Below, piece after piece: positions 1-8,106 of a DNA stretch of 47,151 nt. Numbering within the stretch: position 1 is the first letter of the stretch; each line of letters begins with the position of its first letter. Source of the DNA: an uncultured Planctomycetota bacterium (GTDB taxonomy: Bacteria; Planctomycetota; Planctomycetia; Pirellulales; Thermoguttaceae); NCBI GenBank assembly GCA_900321495.1, contig ONWH01000232.1:1-47151 (forward strand), in the 5' to 3' direction. Under the pieces are notes generated by a model that ran no database searches, was not told where the DNA came from, and was given only the letters and a program-made list of their open reading frames with translations. The translations under genes were made by a program, and so were the position numbers.

Positions 1-73
1 GAAAAGTCTCGCTTCTGAGTATACCACGATGCCGTTTTTCTTCAACGGCGGTTTTCCCTTTCGGAGAGGGAGA

Positions 74-1249
74 TCACTCGCATTCGAGCATCCGTTCCAG
101 TGCCAGACGGGCGCCGGCGGCAACCGACTCGTCGACGGAGATGCGGCCGATCGGTTCGCCTTCATCGAGGGAGACGAGGGTCCGGCAGAGCCGCGCCAGG
201 GTGATCTTCGCCATGTTCGGGCAGAGGGGCTCTTCCGGCGAAAGGGGACATATCTTCCGGTCGCTGTAAGCGTTTTTCGCGCTTTCGACGAACCGCCGTT
301 CGGTTCCGACCCCCCAGACCGAGCCGGGTTCGCTTCCGGCAATGACATCGAGAATCCGCTTGGTCGACCCGGCCTCATCGGCGGCGAAGACCACGTCGCG
401 CCGGCATTCGGGATGGACCACAATCCGGCCGCCCGGATGGTCGTCCCGGAACTTGGCAAGATGCCGCGGCATGAACTGCTGGTGGACGGGGCAGAACCCT
501 TTCCAGAGGATGATCTTCGCGCGGCGGAGCGCTTCGAGGGTGTTCCCCCCCAGGGGAAGTTTTCCCTTTTCGGCGATCTCTTTCGCCGTTCCCCGGGGGA
601 GGAAGGCGAACTCTTCGAGCCGTGAAGTCATTTCGAGCATTGTCGAATTGGGGTGATGCCAGAAGAGGATCTCTTCGTCCGGAATTCCGAACCTGACCGC
701 GGTGTTTTCTCCCAAATGTTCGTCGGGGAGAAAGAGGACGCGTTTCTTTTCGGAGAAGGCGCGGCGGAGGACCTTGTCGGCGTTCGACGAGGTGCAGCAG
801 AATCCGCCCCGCTTTCCGCAGAACGCTTTGATCGCCGCCGACGAGTTGACGTAGGTGATCGGCGCGATGTCGTTGACGTCGATCTCCTCGGCCATTTCGT
901 TCCACGCGGCCTCAACCCCGTGAAACGTTGCCATGTCGGCCATCGGACAGCCGGCGTCAAGGTCGGGAAGAAGGACCTCCACCGGCTTTTCGCGCTGGGC
1001 CAGACGGTGAGGGGCGTTAGCGAGCATATCGGCGGTCTCGGCCATAAAGTGGACCCCGCAGAAGACGATTGCATCGCACCCGTCCCGCTGAGCGGCCTCT
1101 TTGCTCAGCTTGAACGAGTCGCCGACCACATCGGCATGCGCCAGGATTTCCGGTCTCTGATAGAAGTGTCCCAGAATGCAGAGGCGGTTTCCCCACTTGG
1201 TTCGGATCGCTTCGATCTTTTCGGCCAGGATCTGAAATTCATTTTCCAT
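74..1249 (-). CDS. nadA: quinolinate synthase NadA
   Basis: 391-aa ORF with motifs LCILGHFYQ, DVVGDSFKLS and VFCGVHFMAETAD, typical of quinolinate synthase. GGAGGG Shine-Dalgarno lies just upstream of the ATG at 1249. Confidence 0.9.
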   Translation of the reverse strand: MENEFQILAEKIEAIRTKWGNRLCILGHFYQRPEILAHADVVGDSFKLSKEAAQRDGCDAIVFCGVHFMAETADMLANAPHRLAQREKPVEVLLPDLDAGCPMADMATFHGVEAAWNEMAEEIDVNDIAPITYVNSSAAIKAFCGKRGGFCCTSSNADKVLRRAFSEKKRVLFLPDEHLGENTAVRFGIPDEEILFWHHPNSTMLEMTSRLEEFAFLPRGTAKEIAEKGKLPLGGNTLEALRRAKIILWKGFCPVHQQFMPRHLAKFRDDHPGGRIVVHPECRRDVVFAADEAGSTKRILDVIAGSEPGSVWGVGTERRFVESAKNAYSDRKICPLSPEEPLCPNMAKITLARLCRTLVSLDEGEPIGRISVDESVAAGARLALERMLECE

Positions 1250-1415
1250 CGGTCCCTCCCTTCTTCGGCGAAAACAGGTCGAGCCGCCGCAACTCTTCCC
1301 GCCGGAACGGAAAAGATGGCGGGTATACTTTCGGGAATTGTACGATATAATAGCGGGAAACCAAAATATTGCAAGAAGATTTCAGTTTCCAGAAGAGAAG
1401 AAGGAGAGAAGCGGA

Positions 1416-1844
1416 ATGAGCGAAGATGAAAAAAAGTGCTGCGGCGGCCAAGGGGAGTGCGAAGAGAAGGGGAATTGCTGCGGTCACGAAGAGAAAGAGC
1501 ACTCGTGCGGCTGCGGGTGCGGCCATCATCACCATGACGGGACGGAGAAGGATGTTCCGCGCGACGTTCCGCTCCCCGCTCCCTCGCTGGTGACACTGGC
1601 CTCGTCGATCGCCACCCAGGCGATGGTTTCGATGGGGGTCTTCCCGAATCCGGCGACCGGGAAGAGCGAGTTCTATTTCAACCAGGCGAGCCACCTGATC
1701 GACACGGTTGACCTGCTCATCAAGAAAACCGAAGGGAACCGGACCGAGGAAGAGACCCGCACTCTGACCGGGGTTCTGAGCGAACTGCAGATGCTCTTTG
1801 TCGCCGCGCAGAACGAAAAGAACCGCCGCGACAGCCAGGGGTGA
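1416..1844 (+). CDS. DUF1844-family protein with Cys/His-rich N-terminal head
   Basis: ATG at 1416 is preceded by AAGGAGAG; the ORF-track start 1338 has no RBS. The core LPAPSLVTLASSIATQAMVSMGVFPNPATGK...HLIDTVDLL resembles DUF1844. The first 42 aa hold 8 Cys and 6 His. Confidence 0.75.
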   Translation: MSEDEKKCCGGQGECEEKGNCCGHEEKEHSCGCGCGHHHHDGTEKDVPRDVPLPAPSLVTLASSIATQAMVSMGVFPNPATGKSEFYFNQASHLIDTVDLLIKKTEGNRTEEETRTLTGVLSELQMLFVAAQNEKNRRDSQG

Positions 1845-1925
1845 GCCGAAACGTGTTAAGCCGGACAAAATAGCGCGGTTTCACGTGAAAAGAGATAAGA
1901 AAAACAAGATAGGCAAGCCATGTAC

Positions 1926-1969
1926 AAAAAGAAGAGCCGACAGGTGTCTGTCGGCTCTTCTTCATTTTT
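1926..1969. terminator. bidirectional intrinsic terminator between convergent genes
   Basis: Perfect 13-bp stem GAAGAGCCGACAG / CTGTCGGCTCTTC (1931-1943 / 1948-1960) with a 4-nt loop, A5 upstream and TTCATTTTT downstream. Confidence 0.7.
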
Positions 1970-1988
1970 CAGCCTTCGGCGGGTCGGA

Positions 1989-2321
1989 TCAGTTTCCGGC
2001 GGGTCCGGGCATCGCACCGCCCATCGGGTAACCGGACGAAGAGGTTCCGCAGGGGTCGCACGGATTGCAGGCGGGCTGAGTGCTGCAGGGATTGCACGCG
2101 TTGGTGACAGCCGAGCACGGATTGCACCCGGAGGAGTAGACCATCTGGGCGTCCATGATCGGAGAAGCGGCCGGCGCATTTACGGGAGTGCCGTAACCGG
2201 AAGCGACCGGAACGCGCGATCCGTTGCGGGACCAGCAACTTGACATCGCGCCGGTACCGCAACCGCAACCGACCATCGAGACCAGCAGAGCCAGCGAGCA
2301 AACGACAATTAATTTTCTCAT
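1989..2321 (-). CDS. small secreted Cys-rich lipoprotein (CNPC repeats)
   Basis: ATG at 2321 with GGAG 9 nt upstream. Signal peptide MRKLIVVCSLALLVSMVGC ends in a lipobox-like VGC. The mature part has 10 Cys, including CNPC x3 and CDPC. Confidence 0.6.
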   Translation of the reverse strand: MRKLIVVCSLALLVSMVGCGCGTGAMSSCWSRNGSRVPVASGYGTPVNAPAASPIMDAQMVYSSGCNPCSAVTNACNPCSTQPACNPCDPCGTSSSGYPMGGAMPGPAGN

Positions 2322-2778
2322 ATCTATCATCTCCGAAGGGAAAAATGACTGCGGGGATACCGACAGGGGAAAGCTCCCTTCCACCAGGAGCCCAAAACCT
2401 TTCGGGGGTGTCCCGCCATCCTATTAATTGACCGGAAAAACACGGATGTGAGCCGGAAAAAACCCGGCACTCCCCGGTAATCTACTTTACACCGATTATC
2501 GAAAAAACCAACAGAGCGATGCAGTTTTTGAAAGGGATTTCGGGGGGTTTTTTCGATTCCCGGCGTGATAATCGATACTACCGCCAGAACCGGTCCGGGA
2601 ACCGTTATATCAGGACTAACCGTCAATCTTTAACATTGCGGAATCCATTTTTTCGGTTTTGTCTCAAGAAACCGTAGGAATCGTTAAAATCTGAAAACCA
2701 AATAACCGTTTTTAATCGAGAAGGACTCTGTACCGGTCCGTCGGGACCGACGTTATTCTTTACCATGAAGGGTAAGCT

Positions 2779-5283
2779 ATGAACAAGATTTCCATGTTTT
2801 TCAAGAGACACCCGCTTCTCGCGCTTTTTCTGACCTCTGTCATTACGATAAGCCTTATTAACATGGCGATCACGCTTCAGTCGAAGCGGTTCAGTTCTTC
2901 CGAAGCCAAAACGGGTTCGGATTCCTGGGCTTTCCGGGAATCCGCGGCGACCGTTCCCGAGCCGATCCCCTCGCCGGCCTCCGCCGAAAGCGACGCGCCG
3001 GGAGTCCAGACCGCCGACCTCGAGATCCCCTCGCGGGACGACGTGTTCGCGTTGACCGATGACGAAATCTCCCCGGCCGACGGCTTCTTCTTTGAGGCCG
3101 CCGAGAGCCAGCCGGCCGACGCCGTCTCCGGACTGAACGAACCGGCCGCCGAAACCGTCTCCGTCGAAAAGCCGGCGGGCGAACAGACAGAGTTTGAGTT
3201 CGCCGCGATTGAGACGGATTCCGACAGCGCTGTCGACGCCGGCCTTGCCGGCGGGATTTCGGTCGGAACCGAAACAGCCGGGGTCACCGCAGAATCCGGA
3301 GAGATTACCGCCGCGGCCTCCGCCGAAGAGCCCGTTTCGGAACTCCTGAGCGGGTTCCAAGTCGGCTCCGAGCCGGCCGAACCGGAACATGCCGACTTTT
3401 TCGCCGATTTGCCGGCTGGCGAAACCGCCGACCCGGTCCGGGAAGGGGCCGACCGCATAGCCGAAACGGTTTCGGAAACGGTTGAAACAATCGAAACGGC
3501 AGAGACCGCCGAAGAATCCGCAGCCGGAATTGCCGAAACCGCCCCGTCGGTTCCGGAAGGCGAAAAGGTCGATTTCTTCGACAATATTGTTGTTTCGGAT
3601 CCCGAAGACGAGGCCGCGGAGGAGAATACGACCTCCGATCTGAACTGGATTGCGACCGATCTGACCGGGAAGGCCGTGAAAGCCGATATTCCCGCCGCCG
3701 AGTCGGACGATCTGGGGTGGGAACTGATCGACAGCACCGAAACCGCATCTTCGGAGAGCGGGATCTACGAGCCCCACGAACCGAGCAGGATGGTTGCCGA
3801 GAACTTTGATGCGCAGGCCGAAGAGGCCGTTCCGGCGGAAACCGCCCAGACCGCTTCGGCCGATGCCGCCGCGCAGCCCGCCGCCGAATCGGCCGCGGCC
3901 GACGTTGCCTCCGCCGAAACATCCGCAGGCGAAACGGCCGCCGCCGAACCCGCCGGGACGGTCAGCACCGAAACGGCTTCCGCCGGTCCCGCCGAACCTG
4001 CCGTCTCTGCGGAAAACGGTGCCGATGCCGCCGCCGAAAACAGCACGGTCGCTGAAAATACCGCCGGTGCCGACGCCGCCGCTCCGGCGGAAACCGCCGC
4101 CGAACCCGAGGTGGTCCGTACCGATCCCGTTCCGGCCGCTTCGCAGCGCTGCGCCTGCAATCCCCGCCCGGTCTGCACCGGCAATACACGGGCGGCGTTC
4201 GTCGGTGCGGAGCCCGTTCCGGCCGCCGAAACCGCTGAGAATGTCACGACCGAGACAGCCGCCGCGGCTCCGGCTCCCGCCGCCAAGGCTCCCGCAGCGC
4301 GCGGCACCCAGGTCTGGGCGGTCAGCACCGAAAGCCTTTCCGGCTACACGGTCCAGCCGAGTCAGCTCCTCTGCTGGCGCGCCGAAGCGGGACAGTTCAT
4401 CGCCTCGAGCGTCGACGAGTACAAACAGACCCTTTCGGCCGACATTCCGACGATCATTCTGATCCACGGGAACATGACCGACTGGAACGGCGCGCTCCGT
4501 CACGCGCAGTCTCTTAAACGCCGGATTGACCAGATGCGCGCCCGTCAGCAGATCGAAACTCCGTACCGTCTGGTCATCTGGAAATGGGCGTCGGAACGCC
4601 AGGATCAGCGGATCCGTTCCGACAGCCAGGTCAAGGCGTATATGGCCGACCTGAACGGGTTTTATCTCGCCTCGTTCCTGAGCGCGGTTAACGGCACCGG
4701 CTGCGATGTCACGATGCTCGGATTCAGTTTCGGCGCGCGGACGATCGGCTGCGCACTGGAGCTGATGGCGGGGGGGACCCTCTACGGACACGCCCTCCCG
4801 GAAGAACAGCGTTATGTCGCCGGAGACCGCTATCACGCCATTCTTCTGGCCGGCGCGTGCAACTACGGCGATTTCAGCACCAAGGGGCTTTATGCACACG
4901 GCAGCAACCTGATTTCGAGCATGGTCAACGTCTTCAATCCGGCCGACAGCGCGCTGAACTTCTATCCGCTCCTTTACGGTCCGGCCGGACCGCAGGCGAT
5001 CGGCGTTGCCCCGATCGACCCCGGCACGGCGGCTCCGTCCTATAAGAACCGCCTCTGGTCGATCAATTCGTCCGGCTACGGCGCGCAGCACAGTTTTGAC
5101 AATCTTCTCTACTCGATCTGCGACCCGCTCCTGGGGAACATGATCTACGCGGGAAAGATCTGGAGCGCCGCCGATGCGATTCCGTCGGTCAGCGACGCGG
5201 TGGTCGATCCGGCGGTGAAGGAGAAGTCGGACGCTGAAGCGGCGCGTGCCGAAGAGGAGAAGATCGTCGCCGGAAATCAGTGA
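2779..5283 (+). CDS. membrane-anchored protein: N-terminal TM helix, long acidic low-complexity spacer, C-terminal DUF900-like alpha/beta-hydrolase domain
   Basis: 834-aa ORF with TM segment LLALFLTSVITISLINMAITL. The C-terminal IILIHGNMTDW...RLVIWKWASE...VTMLGFSFGAR (GxSxG-type nucleophile elbow) fits the DUF900-like hydrolase layout. Confidence 0.7.
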   Translation: MNKISMFFKRHPLLALFLTSVITISLINMAITLQSKRFSSSEAKTGSDSWAFRESAATVPEPIPSPASAESDAPGVQTADLEIPSRDDVFALTDDEISPADGFFFEAAESQPADAVSGLNEPAAETVSVEKPAGEQTEFEFAAIETDSDSAVDAGLAGGISVGTETAGVTAESGEITAAASAEEPVSELLSGFQVGSEPAEPEHADFFADLPAGETADPVREGADRIAETVSETVETIETAETAEESAAGIAETAPSVPEGEKVDFFDNIVVSDPEDEAAEENTTSDLNWIATDLTGKAVKADIPAAESDDLGWELIDSTETASSESGIYEPHEPSRMVAENFDAQAEEAVPAETAQTASADAAAQPAAESAAADVASAETSAGETAAAEPAGTVSTETASAGPAEPAVSAENGADAAAENSTVAENTAGADAAAPAETAAEPEVVRTDPVPAASQRCACNPRPVCTGNTRAAFVGAEPVPAAETAENVTTETAAAAPAPAAKAPAARGTQVWAVSTESLSGYTVQPSQLLCWRAEAGQFIASSVDEYKQTLSADIPTIILIHGNMTDWNGALRHAQSLKRRIDQMRARQQIETPYRLVIWKWASERQDQRIRSDSQVKAYMADLNGFYLASFLSAVNGTGCDVTMLGFSFGARTIGCALELMAGGTLYGHALPEEQRYVAGDRYHAILLAGACNYGDFSTKGLYAHGSNLISSMVNVFNPADSALNFYPLLYGPAGPQAIGVAPIDPGTAAPSYKNRLWSINSSGYGAQHSFDNLLYSICDPLLGNMIYAGKIWSAADAIPSVSDAVVDPAVKEKSDAEAARAEEEKIVAGNQ
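2900..4320 (+). repeat. coding low-complexity region (Ala/Glu/Thr/Ser/Pro/Asp-rich), no fixed period
   Basis: Recurrent GCCGCCGAA / GAAACNGCC-type codon strings encode AAE/AET/ETA runs. No constant repeat unit could be aligned by eye. Confidence 0.6.
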
Positions 5284-5305
5284 CGCCCGGGCCGGATCCC
5301 CCGTC

Positions 5306-5334
5306 TTCCCATTTGGGGGAACTCCATATAGAAT
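5306..5334 (+). promoter_or_regulatory. candidate sigma70 promoter for tRNA-Arg
   Basis: TTCCCA-N17-TAGAAT. The predicted start is near 5341, about 33 nt before the mature tRNA 5' end. Confidence 0.4.
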
Positions 5335-5339
5335 AGGAA

Positions 5340-5369
5340 GCGGCCGCATGCCACCGGGTATGCGGCCGC
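5340..5369 (+). other. GC-rich hairpin in the tRNA 5' leader
   Basis: Perfect inverted repeat GCGGCCGCAT-N10-ATGCGGCCGC ending 4 nt before tRNA position 1; no T-tract follows. Confidence 0.5.
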
Positions 5370-5373
5370 CCTT

Positions 5374-5447
5374 GCGCTCGTAGCTCAATTGGATAGAGCA
5401 GCGGACTTCTAATCCGCAGGTTGAGGGTTCGATTCCCCCCGGGCGTG
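5374..5447 (+). tRNA. tRNA-Arg (anticodon TCT)
   Basis: Hand-folded 74-nt cloverleaf. Acceptor is GCGCTCG/CGGGCGT (with G1-U72 and U5-G68 wobbles). D stem is GCTC/GAGC with AATTGGATA loop. Anticodon stem is GCGGA/TCCGC with loop CTTCTAA. Variable loop is 5 nt. T arm is GAGGG-TTCGATT-CCCCC (one A-C mismatch). Discriminator is G; CCA is not encoded. Confidence 0.9.
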
Positions 5448-5452
5448 TTCCC

Positions 5453-5488
5453 GCCGTTTCCGGTCACGAACCGGAAGCGGCTTTTTTT
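5453..5488 (+). terminator. intrinsic terminator after tRNA-Arg
   Basis: 12-bp stem GCCGTTTCCGGT / ACCGGAAGCGGC (one G-U) with a 5-nt loop, followed by T7. Confidence 0.8.
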
Positions 5489-5664
5489 ATGGGATATGCC
5501 TTATTTTAAAGGCTCAAGACGTTTTCGGCGGTTCGGAGGGCAATCACTTAAAACACTCCAAATTACCCCGCTTTTCACGGTTCCTGCAGTCGTTTTTTCA
5601 AAATGCAGATGTTTGAGGGATCCGATCCGCGTCAACCGCGCCGTTTCTATTCTGCCGGGTTCTG

Positions 5665-5673
5665 TGCTATAAT
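5665..5673 (+). promoter_or_regulatory. extended -10 promoter element
   Basis: TGcTATAAT lies 36 nt upstream of the ATG at 5709. The -35 is weak (TTCTAT at 17-nt spacing). Confidence 0.4.
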
Positions 5674-5708
5674 AGTCGGGCAGACCATTTTCGAAGAAAG
5701 GGAAACGC

Positions 5709-7904
5709 ATGAGCTTCATCGCCGAACTATTCCGGACCGGGAAAAACCGTCCCCGGCCCGTCCGTCCCCGTTTCGCACAGTTCGAACAGCTCGAGTCGCG
5801 CGAGCTTTTGGCCGTAACGGCGGGCGGCCTTGCCGCCGCCGCGCCTGCGCTTTACGCCGCCGCCGAACCGGCAGGCGATCCTCTTCCGACCGGCCTGACC
5901 CGGCTCGCCGCCCCAAAGATCACCGGCGTTGCGGGCGGCGGCGGCGCCAAGCATGTCGCGACGTGGACTGCGGTCGAAAACGCGTCCGCCTACCGGCTCT
6001 CTTACAGCGCCGACGGCGCGGCGTGGCAGACGCTCGATACGACCGGGACAACCGCCGAGATCGGCGGTCTTGTCTGCGGCGACAACATGCAGTACCGTGT
6101 CCGCGCCATCGGGGAAGGCGGCTATACAGATTCGAACTGGAGTGCCGTTTCCGCTCTCTGCGTCTGTCCGCCCGACATTGACGGGGACGGGTTTATCGGG
6201 CCGGGGGACTATTCCCTCCTGAGCAGCGCCTGGTTCTCGACCGCCGGCGGCGCCAACTGGAATCCCGCGTGCGACGTTGACGGGGACGGGTTCGCCGGGC
6301 CTGGCGACCTTTCCTACCTTTCGGGCGTTTGGTTTCAGTCAAAAGACCAGGTCGTGATCACTTCGCTCGGACTCACCTATAACGGCGAATCGGTTTTGAT
6401 CTCAAACACCGGCGGCGCCGAGCGTCCGCTCAAATCGGGCGACGTCGTTACGGTCAGCGGCAGCCGCTATCCCGACAGCTACACGTTTACCGTTGCCGAC
6501 GATGCGGACTACTGCATAATCGACACGCCTTCCGATCCGGGAGACTATGAGTATACCGTCACCGTTTCCCGCCCGACCGCGCTTTACCCGTGGCGGGGAT
6601 CCGTCTCGTTTACGGTTGAAATGCTCGACTGGGATGCCGCGCCCGCCCCCTCGCCGATTGAAAATCCCGCGGAAATCGCCATTACCGGCAACTGGCAAAT
6701 CGAAGTCCGTTACAACGGCATTGCAAAAACGTTCGAAATCGATCCTCCCGAAACCGTGACGGTAACCAACGAAAGGTACAGTTCGATCGTTGTTTTCAAC
6801 TCTGCCGCCGCGCTCTGGACCCGCGGCACTCCTCTCGCAGGGGTCCGTGCCTACGAATGTACTGTCCAAAACGAGCTCGTTTCCGGCAGCGTTACTGTTT
6901 CACTCACGCCGGGCGGCGCCCCCCTGACGGCCGGAGTCGACTATATTGTCGACGAAGCCAACGGCGTCATCGGCCGGCGCGAAGGGGGACGAATCGGCGC
7001 CAATACCGCTGTCTATGTTTCGTATCAATATGTCCCGATGCGAATCGATTCCATCGTCTGCGAAAACGGGGATCTTGCCCTGGTGCGCGGCACGCCGCAT
7101 GCCGTCAATCCGGCGCAGCCGAACCTCCGTTCCGGCCAGACCCGCGTCGCGAACATCTTTGTCTCCCACGAAACGAAAAACCGCCTCACCGATGACAGCC
7201 TCTACCCGATCCTCGACGACGGCACGCTGAACATTCCGGACCGGGCGCTTGCGAAGATACTCCTCCCGAAAACGTGGGAAAAGCTGCAAAACGGCGAACC
7301 GGTCAAAATTCTGATCTGGGGCGACAGTGTCTCCGACGGCGGCTACATCGACGGGAGATACCGCTGGCAAAACGTTTTCCTTACCCAGCTCCGCAAACGG
7401 TTCCCGAAGGCGAACATTCAGATGGTTACCCAGGCGTGGGGAGGCCATACCACCGCCGACTATCTGGCCGAACCGGCCGGTTCCGCCTACAACTACCGGA
7501 AAAAGGTTTTGGACGTCAAGCCGGATCTGATCATCTCGGAGTTCGTCAACGACGCCGGTCTTCCCCTCAGCCAGCTGCAAGCGATCTACCCGCAGCTGAA
7601 AGCCGATTTCGACGCGATCGGCGCCGAATGGATCATTAACAGCCCGCACTACATCCACCCGGCCTGGATGGGGCTTACCTCCCAGAAAAACATCGACAAC
7701 GACCCCCGCCCCTATACGGCGTATATCCGGCAGTTCGGGAAGGAGAACAGAATTCCGGTTGCCGAGGCCTCGACCCTTTACGGCCGTCTTTGGCGGCAGG
7801 GGATCCCCTATAACACCCTGATGGTCAACAACATCAACCACCCGAACGCCTACGGCCTTTCCCTCTACGCCGATGCGCTGATGGTCCTTTTCGGGAAGGA
7901 ATAG
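5709..7904 (+). CDS. secreted multidomain protein: FN3-like module, two dockerin/EF-hand-type repeats, unknown beta-rich region, C-terminal SGNH/GDSL hydrolase
   Basis: N-terminal FAQFEQLESRELLAV motif. Paired repeats DIDGDGFIGPGDYSLLSSAWF and DVDGDGFAGPGDLSYLSGVWF. SGNH blocks ILIWGDSVSDGG, AWGGHT, FVNDAG and NINHPN. Confidence 0.8.
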   Translation: MSFIAELFRTGKNRPRPVRPRFAQFEQLESRELLAVTAGGLAAAAPALYAAAEPAGDPLPTGLTRLAAPKITGVAGGGGAKHVATWTAVENASAYRLSYSADGAAWQTLDTTGTTAEIGGLVCGDNMQYRVRAIGEGGYTDSNWSAVSALCVCPPDIDGDGFIGPGDYSLLSSAWFSTAGGANWNPACDVDGDGFAGPGDLSYLSGVWFQSKDQVVITSLGLTYNGESVLISNTGGAERPLKSGDVVTVSGSRYPDSYTFTVADDADYCIIDTPSDPGDYEYTVTVSRPTALYPWRGSVSFTVEMLDWDAAPAPSPIENPAEIAITGNWQIEVRYNGIAKTFEIDPPETVTVTNERYSSIVVFNSAAALWTRGTPLAGVRAYECTVQNELVSGSVTVSLTPGGAPLTAGVDYIVDEANGVIGRREGGRIGANTAVYVSYQYVPMRIDSIVCENGDLALVRGTPHAVNPAQPNLRSGQTRVANIFVSHETKNRLTDDSLYPILDDGTLNIPDRALAKILLPKTWEKLQNGEPVKILIWGDSVSDGGYIDGRYRWQNVFLTQLRKRFPKANIQMVTQAWGGHTTADYLAEPAGSAYNYRKKVLDVKPDLIISEFVNDAGLPLSQLQAIYPQLKADFDAIGAEWIINSPHYIHPAWMGLTSQKNIDNDPRPYTAYIRQFGKENRIPVAEASTLYGRLWRQGIPYNTLMVNNINHPNAYGLSLYADALMVLFGKE

Positions 7905-7951
7905 CGGAGGCGCTCTTCGCCGGTTCGGGCCGGTACGGTGTCAATGCGGCC

Positions 7952-8003
7952 GCGCGGGGCGGGAGCCGTCAACACGGCGGACTCTTGCCCCGTGCGTTTT
8001 TTT
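7952..8003 (+). terminator. intrinsic terminator after the SGNH gene
   Basis: Outer stem GCGCGGGGC / GCCCCGTGC (one G-U) encloses an inner GCCGT/ACGGC helix and is followed by G+T7. Confidence 0.65.
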
Positions 8004-8106
8004 CGCCGTAAAATGGGAGAATTTTCCTCAGCTTTTCTCTTTCCTCCTATTCAGAGCAAGGTATTCCTATATAATATCGTAATATGTCTGAATGAAAGGA
8101 GCGACG

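Noticed and set aside
29-1429. Several 100-260-aa ORFs on both strands overlapping nadA (29-625 plus, 653-1429 plus, 375-905 minus, 628-1074 minus)
   Set aside because: All overlap the well-supported nadA frame and have Arg/Pro/Gly-rich compositions with no recognisable motifs. These are typical shadow ORFs.
2900-4320. Possible tandem repeat or CRISPR-like array in the GCCGCCGAA-rich region
   Set aside because: There is no constant repeat length and no repeat-spacer periodicity. The region keeps one long open frame with sensible codon phase and encodes an acidic low-complexity linker.
2623-5388. 921-aa minus-strand ORF opposite the acidic hydrolase gene, running into the tRNA
   Set aside because: It is in the same codon-complementary register as the sense ORF (2779 frame). 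The product is Gly/Arg-rich nonsense and overlaps the tRNA-Arg gene. It is an artefact of GC-rich codon usage.
5374-8003. Genomic island or prophage integrated at tRNA-Arg
   Set aside because: There is no integrase, no direct repeat of the tRNA 3' end, and no visible composition change. Downstream genes are ordinary chromosomal genes with their own promoter and terminator.
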